Positions 11,641 to 23,980 of a stretch of 64,000 nucleotides of DNA are shown here, one piece after another (the first letter of the stretch is position 1; the number at the start of each line of letters is the position of its first letter). Position numbers and translations under genes: made by a program. Under the pieces are notes generated by a model, which was not told the DNA's origin, did no database searches, and saw nothing but the letters and a program-made list of their open reading frames with translations. Origin of the DNA: Camelus dromedarius (taxonomy: Eukaryota); assembly GCF_036321535.1 (NCBI RefSeq), contig NC_087436.1:48114001-48178000 (forward strand), read 5' to 3'.

Positions 11641-13622
11641 AGATCTAATGAGAATTCACTACAATGGAACTGACAAGGAAATTTGGTTATTTCTGTGATG
11701 CACATGATTTTAAGATAGCAATGAGAATGACATGTGATGACAATGTACCAGGACAAATTAGATCTTTAGGAATTTCAAACAATTTCTAGAATAACTTATA
11801 ATAATACTCACCTGCACAATATAACCTAAGACGGTTTATCATCCCCTATTTTACAATGCTTCCCATGTAACTTAGCATACCAAATAAGCCCACTAGTGTA
11901 CTTTTTTTTGTAAGGAAAGAGAACAAATCTTGAAATGTTCCAGGGACCCTCTGAAAAATTTTAGTTGGTTCAACATCAAAAAGGCTTTATTTAGAATTTG
12001 ATTCTTCAAAAGTATGTCAAGATAGGATCATAGGTCATTATGAAACAACAATTACCTATTTATCTAAATAGGACCAATAGGATCACAGATCATTATGAAA
12101 TAGTAGTTATCTATTTGTCCAAAGTGACAATAAAAGATTTCAGACATATACAGCAGGTTAAATGGTTGTTAGTAAAATTTAGGTCTTACTATTAAGAAGA
12201 TTCAATTTTCTTATGTAATCAAAGACTTGATAAACACAGGGAATTATTTTTGTCAAAATACAGAATCCTTGTTTTCTAGGCAGATGAAAATATTTTTACC
12301 TTTAAAAGGAAAAGAAAAGGTAAAGAAAAACCTTTCATTCTCTCTTACTATCAAGAGCAGACTGGTACTCCAATAAAACATTGTTTCTTTTAGCAGATGA
12401 AAGAAAATTAATTTCTAGATTAACATAAATACAGTATTGCTATTAAAGCTCATTATTAAACCCCCCACACTAACAACTCAACTTTATTCAGTTTGATTAC
12501 ACAAGATTCCTTCTCTCTCATCTTTTTCTCTTCCTTACTTTGTATATCCATAGTTTGTCCTTCATTTTCTTCTTTCCCATTCTGATAACCAAAAGTTTTA
12601 GTTTCGATAAAATTACTACTCTCATTTCCTTTAACAAGAATCCATCCCCAAATCTCATACTTTTCCTTAGCTGAAAAACGCATCCTACTTTCTGTGCATA
12701 CAGTGTTGTTTCCCTTATTATTTCTAATAGTTTTAATTACATATGTACATTAGAAGTCTTAACCCTTAGCAACCTTAATTTCTAACAAAAACTAAGAAGA
12801 AAGCAACTGTAAACTGTATGCCATCCTAGCATTTTTTTTAATTGGTAAATTTATGAACATATTTCATCATCTCTAGCTACATGTGATTCTTCACAATACA
12901 GTCTTTCAATGTGACACAAAATATGCACACCGATACACCGAAATTTATCTCTGCAATAAGAAGCCAAAAGTAGATAAACCTACCTATGTTCAGTAATTAC
13001 TGTTTCACTATTTTGTTTTATTTAGAATTGATCTAGATATATAATAAATTTCTATCATTTAATTTAACTTAGCAAAATCCTAAAGTTTCAAGTTACCAAA
13101 AAGATTTTGGAAGCTATTTTGAACTATCCAGATCATAAAATATAATTGTTGCTAAAAAGTTTATCTATGAACTCTTACATCATTTATATCTATCTGAACC
13201 ATTTGCTCCCAATAATTATGTTTAGATTACCCACAAAAACTTCATGAGACATTAGACAAAATCAGCTATCAACCTAAGCTATTTTTCTTGCTGACAAATT
13301 TCTCAGCATAGATAACATGATTATGACTAGTAAACCCAGGTAGAATAAAAGTTGTTTATCTACATTACATTCAATGCTGATAACTTTAAAGATATGCCTG
13401 TTTTAATTAATGAGCTCAAACTAACTTTTATTTACAAAAAATTATTCCAGATCATGTGAATTTGAAAAGCATTTAAGTTAGTTTCTCTTACATTTCTCAG
13501 AACTTTAAAATGTCGATCCTTTCAAGCATTTGCCTTAAATCAACTAAAGCTCTTTTACAAATTAATTCTGGCAATACAATCTGGAGGTAGAAAACATCAC
13601 ACATCTACAATACACATATATA

Positions 13623-14154
13623 TGTTAGGTAGTTATAGAAATGGGGGCACTGGGCAGATAAGGTGGAGGAGAGGGAGGATGGCCCAGAAGATGGCGATAC
13701 GTCTCCCTTCAGCATAGAGTCTTTACTTCCTCTAAATGACTACCAGCAAGAAACTGGTTGGGACTGGATGGCGACGAGGTAGTGACAAAGACCTAAAGGG
13801 ACATGACTCAATGCTCATTGTAATATAATTAGCATTGCAGTTTAGCCCCACCCCCCATGGGTTTCTCTGTGTACACAGTGGATATGGACATGCGCAAAAG
13901 GAGGCGGGCATGCCTAAGCACTCCAGGGTCAAGAGCCAACAATCAATCAAGAGACCAACAGGGTATATGAGAAGGGGCAAATAAAGACCACTGCCATTCG
14001 CTCTTAGATCAGCCCACCTCCCATTCTTGGAGGTGTACTTTCACTTTGCTAATAAAATCTTTAAAATCTTAACTACACAACGCTTTTGTCTCCTGTCTGA
14101 ATTATTCTCTTTTGGTTGAGACAAGAACCGAGGGGTTCCCCTTTTGGGTTAACA
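13623..14154 (+). mobile_element. Solo LTR (ERV1-type) inserted antisense into the provirus
   Basis: Starts TGTTAG, ends TTAACA; AATAAA at 14051; GC and CpG richer than flanks; 4-bp flanks tata/taca fit a TSD with one mismatch. Confidence 0.85.
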
Positions 14155-14589
14155 TACAGATATACACAACATACAGACAGATGCAGAGACATACTTACTA
14201 TTATTTGTGGAGAATATTTGTAAGATTTCTCATTAGCCCAATTTCTAAAACCTCTTATCTTTTTGTTTCTCCTGATGAGAATCTTCTTCCTAAAGTCTGC
14301 ATTTCAAAGAAAGGCTCCTAGGTCGTAGAGAAAATGGTGGTAGGAAATCTGTACCACAAAGGCACAGATTAAGTGCAGGACAATTCTGTTTCCAATATCT
14401 TGATCTGTTTAAGCATTTTTGCAAGGAAAAGGCAAGCTTTGTGGAGTTGAGGTGGAAAAAAAAGTGAACTTTTAACTTCTAGAGCCACTCCTTTAGCCCT
14501 ACAGAGATTTGCAAGACAAAGACGGTTGTTCCAATTTCCCTAAATGTGTAGCTTTTGTTTTATGTACCTTTCATATCAAATTTTTAATT

Positions 14590-15035
14590 AGCCTTTTGCA
14601 ATGAATCTTTCAATGATACTATTCTGGAATTTTGAAATCTTTCAGAGGCTTCTGCATACTAATTAAAATAGCTATCCCATTCTGTATGCTTAACTTGGCA
14701 CTCCTTGTCTTTAAGTGCACTTTGTAAATGATCTTATCTATTTGAAGTATTCCTCATAATGGCCATTGTAATTTCCCCTGAGGACTGGCAGCAGTTTGGT
14801 AGATCTTCGGCCCAAATGTAGTTCAATCCACATTTCTATTTAGCAGCGTCTAGCCACAACTGGGCTGTAACTCATGTTTCTATTTGGCCATATTTTAGAG
14901 CCCCTAACCTGATGACTACCAGCCAATCAAGCTTCGCAAGATTTTGCCATTTTTGTAAATATCTACAGTTTCTAGGGTCACAGGTCTCAGACATACAATA
15001 AGTTAGGTGTGCTGGAAGGCGGAGCATCAACTCTT
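14590..15035 (-). pseudogene. gag: ERV gag matrix (MA) remnant, split by a ~150-bp insert
   Basis: DAPPSSTP..CMSETCDPRNCRYLQKWQNLAK, then ELQWPL*GILQIDKIIY..SALKDKECQVKHTEWDSYFN*YAEASERFQNSRIVSLKDSLQKAN. Confidence 0.75.
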
Positions 15036-15579
15036 TGGGTATAAAGAGTCCTTTAACAATTATCCTTTATATATATAAAACAATACAAATAAACATGTAT
15101 GCCTTAATATAGTAGCACTAACCATGGGATACTACTGCCTCCTGGCCAAAAGAAGGCCCTGTACGCACCACCACCAATTTCTGTGAAACTCTGGCCTGGG
15201 GAAGTGATTGAACCAGCAGACCCGAAGGAATGGGGGCTGTGGACAGATTCCAAACAAAATGGAGAACTGCAGCTACCACCAACAGTTACCAACATGGGAT
15301 CTGGGACTAGATTCAAGGCGGGGTTTCTACTCAAAAAACCTGGAAATTGTGGTCTGAAAGGTAAGGCACTTGGCTCCAGGCAGAACTGTCTGCCCAGAGC
15401 AGAATCATCTACCAGTTCAAGCTGACCTGCTTGTACGCGAAAGTCAGATTGCGATTCAAATGCAGACAGTGGAGCTCATTCTGAGACAAACTCACCAACA
15501 GCCCCCTGAAACAACCCCAGAAAAACTAATTAATACTAATTACTCAAAAGGGTTCTCAGGGCACCACACCTGCATTTCT

Positions 15580-15597
15580 CCTTGTTCCTGAATGCCA
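15580..15597 (-). promoter_or_regulatory. Degenerate primer-binding site of the provirus
   Basis: Minus strand reads LTR end ..tgtca, then ga, then tggcattcaggaacaagg; TGG start 2 nt after the LTR CA. Cognate tRNA not assignable by eye. Confidence 0.55.
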
Positions 15598-15599
15598 TC

Positions 15600-15851
15600 T
15601 GACAAGAAAATCATTAGCAAAAGAAAAGAAAGCATTGTTTTATGACCTTCTTTTGGGGGGAAGGGAAAGAAAAGAGGTCTTGTTATGCAGAATACCTCAC
15701 TAGTGCTGATAAGGAAACTTCAGATTGTCTGTTTAAGGGTCACATTCCTGGGATAAACAAACTGTAATTCTGCAATTAAGTTGTGGTTTGCTATCCTGGG
15801 GGTAAACGACTCTATTTGGAGCCTTTGAGTCTTTTTCTTTTTTTTTCAGCA
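15600..15851 (-). mobile_element. 5' LTR of the provirus (internally deleted)
   Basis: Homologous to 8650-8890 but lacks the ~150 bp equivalent to 8498-8648. Confidence 0.82.
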
Positions 15852-15869
15852 CACCTAACAAAGTAATAA

Positions 15870-16005
15870 AACTCTAAGTCTCAGTTTCCTAATTTATAAG
15901 CAATACTAATACCTCCGATTGCCTCTTCGCAGGGTTATTACTGTGAAGACAAACGTAACCATACAGTATGAAAGCAACCGATAAACTGCAAAGTGCTTTA
16001 AGTCT
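15870..16005 (+). mobile_element. MIR fragment
   Basis: 'tctcagtttcctaatttataag...atacctc...cagggttattactgtgaaga'. Confidence 0.65.
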
Positions 16006-17604
16006 ATGACTAGAAGGCATCTGTTCAATTACATGAGAAATCCTTCAGCCCATAAAGAAATAAATAGCTAGTGGACATCTTTGGCAGTGAAATTTCTCCC
16101 CTAGGACTCTCCCTAGTGGTTCAATTCCAGAAGACTGAGCAGAACTCTGGGAAAACACAGAACCAAATCTGACATGTTTCAAGGGTGGTGAGAAGCTGTG
16201 TGGCACAGCAGCTTTTAGAGAGAAGTCTGCACTGGTGTCCTGGGGGAAGCAACACCATGATCCAAGGAAGACATCAGACCCCCACATGCTCAAACAGACT
16301 GGGATTGTGGAAGAAATGGTAATGACCAGATTAGCCCTGGCTTCTTGAGGAGAACACAAATCTCACTCCTAGGTCTGCTTTCTCTCCTAAATTGTTGTGT
16401 CTATTAGCACTAATATTTTCTCTCCTCAGCTCTTTTTCCCTTGCTCTTTCTCATGTACTCCAAGCGCAGACAGCTTAGCAAAACTGCAGATGCTAGCCCG
16501 AAAAGTTACTTTATTCTGGACCTAGGGTTATTACAGTTTTTAAATTAATATTTCCTTTGGCCCACATTTCACTTTTGTTTATATTTTCCTCTGACAATCT
16601 AAGTCCTACTTGAAAAGAGTCATTTATAAGGCAGCATCTGATGCTGGCCTCCATGAATAACGGGGATGAACCTGACATCAGCAATAATCAAATACACCAT
16701 GTGAAGGACTCTAGGACAGCTCCTCAAAGTTAATTCCTAAGAGCCTCTTTGTAAAATATATTCACAGAGACAGACACTGAAAGCTGAAGAGTTTTTCTTC
16801 TTATTTCCCTTTCTTTGCTAAACTTGATCTTTTTGATAGATGGGTCTACAAGGAGAAATTTACAAGAAATTTGGGAAAAAAATTAGAATCTCCAAGATAG
16901 TTACCTACAGAGCTTGATGCCTGAGGTCATCAATAAATATATGAATTTATTATAAAGTATTCAGAAGAATACGATAGAGTTTTGGGAATTTCAGAACAAT
17001 AGTTTTTTGCATGGTACCAACAGAAAAGTGTCACCTTGAGAAGTAAAAGAGCACATTCTGGAGATTCTTCCAATAGATAAACTTTAATTCTCAAAGCACT
17101 CTCAAGTCTGTCTATCAAACAAATGTGTAAAAACATGGTAATATCAGTATAGCAAAATTTTTACATTGCTTTTTCTTTAATTGTCCAGAGAAGAGAAAAA
17201 AATATTTTTCTTACTGCAATCAGGGACAATTTCATCTCTAACTGTTTAGAGAAACAGTTAAATTGTCCACAGAGGCACAAAATCCATACATTCAGTATTC
17301 TGAATGTTCGGTTAAGCCTTTTGGTTATATCCTGTTGTGCAGTTCTAGCCACTCTTCTAAGTCACCACCGCTCAGCTCCTCCTTTCTGACCATAATTTTC
17401 TCTAGTTGATTTCTTCCCCAGTTTTCAATGACTGTTTATCAGCCAATCAGTTGAAGTCTCCAGGTTTAACCTTATAGTCAGCCTTTCCTACCTGGATACA
17501 TAGGTAAGGCCCTCCACAGAGTTCTGAATCATTTCCATGGGCCCTTTTCTCTTTATCTCTGTGTATATACTTATAACAGAAAACACATACACACACACAC
17601 AAAT

Positions 17605-17800
17605 GTGCCACGTGAAATCTGAATAAAGTCTGTAGTTAACTTAATAGTATTGTACCAACGTTAATGTCTTAGTTTTGTGTAAGTATATCATGGCTCTATA
17701 AAATACAACATTAGAAGATGATGGAAGGGCGTAAGACTGTTTTGCACTACCTTTGCAACTCTTCTGCAAGTGTAGCATTATTTCATCAAAAGTTTAAAAA
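17605..17800 (+). mobile_element. Old L1 (L1MC/ME-like) 3' end
   Basis: 'gtgaaatctgaataaagtctgtag...attgtaccaacgttaat...ctttgcaactcttctgcaag...aaaagtttaaaaa'. Confidence 0.75.
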
Positions 17801-18319
17801 TGTACCAGATACTGCCACTGAAATATCTACTATTTCCCCAAATTTCATATACTTTTTTTCTACCAATTTGCTTAATTTCCCATCATCTATATGTTATTTA
17901 TTCTTTGCTCAGGAAATTTATTCTTTTTTCATAGATTATTTTTTCATAGTCCATACTAATTCCTCAGCATGTATTCCTTTAAACATTCTGTTTACATTTT
18001 TACTCACATGGCTTAATGCCCCCAACATATACCATAGGAGTTATAAAGTCAGGAATGAAAATAATTTTTTTCTTTCTCCATCCTAACTCCTATTTATCTT
18101 TCCTTGAAAGGAAACTTTTATCTTATTCCACTTACTCAGAGATCCCATTCTCCTATCCTAAGAATTTACGTTCCAGCATCCCCTACTTTTCTAATTAATT
18201 TTTCCAACGTCAAGTTCTTTAATAGATCTGAAGTGTTACACAGAATTATATATTTCTTATAACTTTTTCCCTAATCTCTCCATTGAGTTTAAAAATTAGG
18301 TACTTCCTAATCTAGATCT

Positions 18320-18617
18320 GCACCATCTATTAAGGTAGGTGTAGCTGCATATGGCAACTGAGCACCTGAAATGTGGCTTATCTAGTAAAGAGGCTCAGTA
18401 AGTATAAAATATTTACCAGACTTCAGACACTTACTATGAAAACAATATAAAATACCTTATTAATTTTATATTGATTACAGTTTGAGATAATAATATGGAT
18501 ATATTATATTAAATAAAGTATGTTACTAAACATAATTGTACCTGTTTCTTTTACACTTCTAATGTAGTTACTAGAATATTTAAAACTATAAATATTTCTT
18601 GCAATATATTTCTCCAG
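18320..18617. mobile_element. hAT-Charlie DNA transposon (MER33-like)
   Basis: 'ctgagcacctgaaatgtggct', 'aagtataaaatat..accagacttc', 'ttttatattgattaca', 'cctgtttcttttac..taatgtagttactagaa'. Confidence 0.75.
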
Positions 18618-18749
18618 AAAAGGGTGTGGCTGTGAGCTAGTAGCAGTCAACACTTAAAGGAACAGTGGTCCTGGAAAGGGATCTGCATTGGGCACCAGCA
18701 GCATACAGGATAAACTTCCAGTCTCCCAACTCTTTCTTCACTATATACC

Positions 18750-19790
18750 CTACACCACTGAATTTATCTATTGAGTTCCTATTGTCAGTGTGGTATTTCT
18801 CAGTTCTAGAATTGTAATTGTTTTCTTACATTAGTTCTCTTGTGTAATTCATCATCTTTTCATCTATTTTCTTGAAAATAATAATCCATTAAAAAAAACT
18901 ATATCCAATAACTCCACTATCTGGGTTAACTATGGTTATCTTCCTACTGTCTCTTTTCATTCTATTTTGAAGTTGGTTGGTAATTTTTTATTACAGATAA
19001 AATATTTTGTATGAGAAATAGTAAAGGTACTGCCTGATGTTCTGCCTCAGTAGTGAGTTCACTCTCTTCACTAGAAGGCAGATAGAAAAGGGACACATCA
19101 TCCCACTCTAATCAAATGCCAAGCTGATTGGGGTTGGGTTATATTCCTAGTAAGACTCAGTCTACCTCTGCTGTACCTCTCAGGACACAGATCTCTACAT
19201 CTGCAAATGAGAGTCTTGAGTACTCCTTCTCCCTAAATGATCCTAAACTAGAAATTTTGCCTTTTCAGGATTACAAGATAGCAAAAAAACTCAGTTTTGC
19301 CTTTCAGCTACTTTCTGCTGACTTTTAACCTCTCTTTCTGTAGAGCTTAAAAATTAGAAAATGTCTAGAGGGAGAAATTAGTGTTGAATGTTGGGCTCAC
19401 TCCAGATCCCTAGTCCCTCAAGCCTTGGCAGCCTCACTCCAGTTTTGGTCTCTCCAGGACTATGAAACTGTTGAAAACTCTGCTGGCTTTTCTGCCTCTA
19501 AGCAGCCAACTTCTGCCCAATTTCTTGGTCTCTATTGTTCTTTGAATTGACAAATGATCTGAAAGAGAAAATGTACACAGAATCCCTGGAAAGTAGACTT
19601 CCTAATTTTTGACTGTCTAAGCCATCTTCTCATGTCTCAAAAGATGACATATATATGTGTATATATGAAATTATATATATTTGTATGTGTGTGTATATAC
19701 ATACACACACACAATCTAATCTATATCTGGCTTTTCTACTGATTTTGGGTGAAGTAGTTGGTCTGCTACAAGCTAACTAATCATTAAGGC
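18750..19790 (-). mobile_element. Very old L1 (L1M/HAL1-like) 5'/ORF1-region fragments
   Basis: 'atctattgagttcct...tatttctcagttctagaatt', 'tatccaataactccactatctgg' resemble reverse-complemented old L1 ORF1 sequence. Confidence 0.45.
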
Positions 19791-22439
19791 CGCAATCATC
19801 TTAACAAGTGCTTTCAAAGTTCAATCTTAAAAATAGTTTTTGTCATTCATTAAGTAACTAGTTTTACTAAGCACCTACCTTGCTGAAAATTCTGATCCAG
19901 GTGCTCATGTAGTAAGGAAACAAATAAGGTCTATGTTCTCAGTAGGATGTTATAATCTTCTGGGCTCATTTAGAAGCCTCAATAGATAGTTTTCCTATAA
20001 AATTTCATTATTTCCATGTTAGTGACAATGCCCTTCCCACCCATCTCTCCATCTGAAAATTATTCCACAGCTGTTCTTTTATACTGGTTAATGTAGGAAA
20101 TGGAGCTAATATTTATGGAGTGCTAAATGCTTTCTATGCATTATCAATGTTAATCTTTATTGTTGTTTAGATTTTTATCTCTATTAAATAATTGAGTCTA
20201 CTGAGATTAAAAAATAGTATGTGAAAATTAATTAAATGGAAGAAATATTATGCAAACTTAGGTCCATTTAACTCCAATGCCTATATATTTCTGCTGCCAA
20301 GCATTTTCTCTATATGGCATCTGCCTTACGTAAATGCAACTATAATCTCTCAAAAAGAACACAGCCCACTAGAAATTATGTGAACTAGAAAAGATGTTTT
20401 ATTATTTAATTTTTTGGTATTCACTTCTTCTGTACCTAATATTTATTAGATTTGCTGTCTGTTATCTATTTGGCCCTTTATCATTTTATTTATTCTCTAG
20501 TCAAATCAGCCTTTATTTCATCTCGAGGATTTTTAAATGTATATGTTGCATTAATGAATAACTTAAAAATATTTCCCTATTTTACCATGCCCCTTGAACT
20601 ATAAATGCCTTGAGAGTAAAGCATGAACTCACATTACATCAAGTATAAAGCCTGGGTCAAAAATAATCAGTGATACAGACTCTTATTTGTCTTCTTCAAC
20701 TGAAAGTTTATATTCTATATTATCTGTCACCATATAATCAAGAGAACCACGATGTGTATGAGTGTACGAAGACTTTAAGTAGCAATTCTCCATCATAATG
20801 TCTTTCTGGTACCTCAGTTGGCTTGTGTGGTCTTTTCTAGAAGCAAACAGGTGGATAAAATTATTTCTCCAGAGTCTTTTCAGACTTTCTCAGGAATCTG
20901 TGCTCTAACGTCTCTCACATTAGCACCTATAACAGAGTTCCTGGTTAACAGAGAGTTAACACGCGTCCCTCACACCTAGTTCTGTCTGGGCTGTAAGAGC
21001 AATTGCAGGTCCCTCGCCAAAGATAACAACTACAGTTGGACAGATGCTTAGCTGCTCCAGTGCTGAAATGAAATATTTGTTTTCATCCGTGATAGTCCCT
21101 GATACTATCCCTATCCTCGTTTCACTGGAAATGTCAAAGCCATGAGCAGAGTATTAGGAAGTAAAATGGATGTACTGTCTGATTCTTCAGTACACTTACA
21201 ACAAAGTTGTCAGTATTCTCAGAAATACCTACACTCTTAGGAAAATCATATTAGGTGGACTGTTTACAAATGAGGCTCTTGTTTGTCATGTCAGGGTCCA
21301 TCTTAGCAACCGATCCCTCTTCTACAAATTTGACTTCTCAACCACATTTATTTGAACCAGTTGCTCAAGAAGAAGTGCAGAAGTGGCTTGCTTCTTCTGA
21401 ATAGATATTCCTCGCCATGTGATTTCTATCTGTGACTTTGTAGTGACCCCTCTGATTGACTGGCCTTTAGTTTCCTGTACTGCTTTCCTCTCTGCCAGCA
21501 ATAGTCTACTGACTTCAGCCTTCTGTTCATGCTTCAACTCTAGACAAACTGCCTGGCTCAAGACTTCTTTCCAGATTAAATTCCCAGTTTCCTGGCACTG
21601 CGTTCTATCAGTCTGTTCTGGCATTTGTCCTTAAGCACATGCTGCCAGTTTGGTAGTGGTGCTCCTGGTCCCGACTCATCCCTGGGACTGCACATCTCTC
21701 CTGATGTTATATTTTCAGACAGAGGTGTTGGCATTTGGGGGGAATGCAATGCACCAATCTTTGTGTAGAACATTCAGGTTCATGTGGGTTTTTCATATAG
21801 AAGGATCTCATGCACATACCACACACATGCAAACACACACATAATTTTCTATTTTGTGCCATTTGATAACAGTGAAATTATATCATACATTGACACTAAG
21901 GATAGTAAGTAAGTCTTCTGGGTCTCAAGTGCATATCACTACGAAGTCAATTGAGACAAATTCCTGACATTTTCAGTTATTCCCAAAATGAATCCAAGGA
22001 ATGACTCATTTCATATCAGCCTCCTCTAAGACTACAGCCAGTATGAAGCAAAAAGTTTAAAAAAAAAAAGAGGATTTCTAATAAAAACAAAATAAATTTA
22101 CACAGTAGATAATTTCCTTAGAAAGTGCTTATATGTCTTAATAAATTATTTAAAATGTAGTATAGTACATGTTTGTTAAAAATAGAGAATATTTACACAC
22201 CATACATAAAATCCATTTTGACTTTATATTTTATATAAACTTTTAAAATTAAAAACTTTTCAGTGAAGGAAGTATATGGAAACAGACAGTAGAGAGCATA
22301 AAATAAGATAACAAAAGTAAAACAAAATATATTGAACTATGACAATTATAAATTGATTAAATATCATCTATTAAAATATTTCAAATAGATCAAAACACAA
22401 AAACAAAGTATTACATCTATTTTCAAAAGTGGTACTGGC

Positions 22440-22878
22440 TCAGTTTTCCCACATGAAGGAGATACTTGTCAGTTTGGGTCATCCAGCAGCCAATTTCCCT
22501 TTGAAGCAGAACCACAATTTCTTCCCTTACTCCCCAGTAAATGATCTAAACTTGTACAGTTGGGTACTGTCTTCTGGGATTTAAATATTCAAATCATTAT
22601 GCAAGGACAGAAGAAAAATCTGTACCTTATTCAACTCAGTGGCAGGGCCCTGTCAGTGCTACTCCAGATCCCTTCCTGGAGTTTATGCTTCTTGGCTCCC
22701 AAGAATTCTTGGTTTCAATCCATTTTCCAACCCTGCTCTCCTGCCTTCCAACAATTCTATAAATTCTCAATGTTTTCATTCTGTAAATTCCCTTATGTTT
22801 TCAACAAATTCACTTATTGCTTAGGTCAGCCAAAATCAGTTTCATTTGTTTGCAAAGAAAAGATTTCAATTAACACAA
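22440..22878 (+). mobile_element. ERVL-class LTR (LTR16/LTR33/LTR41-like)
   Basis: 3' end 'aacaaattcacttattgcttaggtcagccaaaatcagtttcatttgtttgcaa...taacaca' matches the ERVL LTR terminus pattern. Confidence 0.65.
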
Positions 22879-23980
22879 ACATTTATACAAGAGACAGAAA
22901 TGATAAAAGAGACTTAATGAATTGTAGGGTATTTGAAACTGCTGTTAAGATGGGGTAGATGAGAAATAATGTCATGTATACACATATACATATATTATAT
23001 ACACATGTATAAATACAGATATACTACATACACATATATTGTATCACAGGATAGAAATTTTGAAGGCCTATGAGAAATTAGCCAATTCAAAGTATTCACT
23101 TACTATCACCTAAAACAATGTCTCACTGGCACCACAAAACAAACTGAAGAGCATGAGGAATTCAAGCAGCTGATGGTACCGTGGTTGATTTCCATGACAC
23201 TGCAAAAGAAGCCAGGCTTAAAACTCCAAATGACTACCTTAAAGAATAAAGTGATGACCACGAAAGAGACGGAATTCAACTGATTCTGTAGTTTAGTAAT
23301 GCACAACTTAATTCTTTGTTTGCTTTTTGTTTGTGGCCATAAGACAATGATCACAAAGACAGGACTCTGGCCACTTAAAAGGGGAAATACACAAAGGGAA
23401 GGAATGACTGACCCGTCCGTTCTCTCCTATGAAGGACCCTTCATTGACTGCCATCACCTAAAGCAGTTTTTTTCATTCTCTGGAAGTTGCCCTTCCTTCC
23501 TGGCTTAAAAAAAAAAGCCGTTACTTCCTTGTCTGAAGAAGCCCCCTTATGCGAGGTAGTTAACAATTCCTCTCATGGTTTAGTCCATTGTTATTAGACC
23601 AGTAACTAGAACCAGACTCCAGAATGCCCCAGGGTATCATATGTAAGATTAAACTTACGTAGAAAACACTAACAAACCAAAAAAAAAAAAAAAGCAAAAA
23701 TTCACTGATTTACACCCTAAAAAAATCTGTTATTGTGACTTCAGAGTACATGACCAAGGAAGGGAGGCAAAGTTAAATCTAGATTGGTCTGAATTTGTCA
23801 ATATCAATATACTTACCAGAAAATATATTTACAATGTGCCATCTGAAACACCTAGTATGTTCTTGAAATTTATTAGTGTGTTTAATGAACCTAAACCCAA
23901 CATTGACACTCTAAAGGGATTTGACATGCCAGAATTCCTTGGGCATAATATAGACAGAATTCAAAGGCTTTGAAAAATGA
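22879..23980 (+). mobile_element. ERVL/MaLR internal region with gag remnant
   Basis: From 23740: FRVHDQGREAKLNLDWSEFVNINILTRKYIYNV, later DMPEF..NIDRIQRL; resembles ERVL gag LRVWDxGGRNIKLDQAEFIDMG..EMPxLPW..EGIQRL. Confidence 0.7.

Larger units (their letters stand above)
8496..15851 (-). mobile_element. Decayed class I (ERV1, MER4/MER34-group-like) provirus
   Basis: Two homologous LTRs, PPT next to the left LTR, TGG-initiated PBS-like site next to the right LTR, and gag MA, RNase H, integrase and env TM remnants in retroviral order on the minus strand. Confidence 0.92.

Noticed and set aside
8490..15860. TSD for the large provirus
   Set aside because: Outer LTR ends are degraded and no matching 4-5 bp flanks were found.
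16930..17400. Possible processed pseudogene on the minus strand
   Set aside because: No recognisable peptide, poly(A) or TSD.
21322..21773. Overlapping 100, 71 and 65-aa ORFs; plus-strand FEPVAQEEVQKWLASS resembles an L2/CR1 pre-RT motif
   Set aside because: No known family recognised; the LINE resemblance is one short motif without downstream RT motifs.
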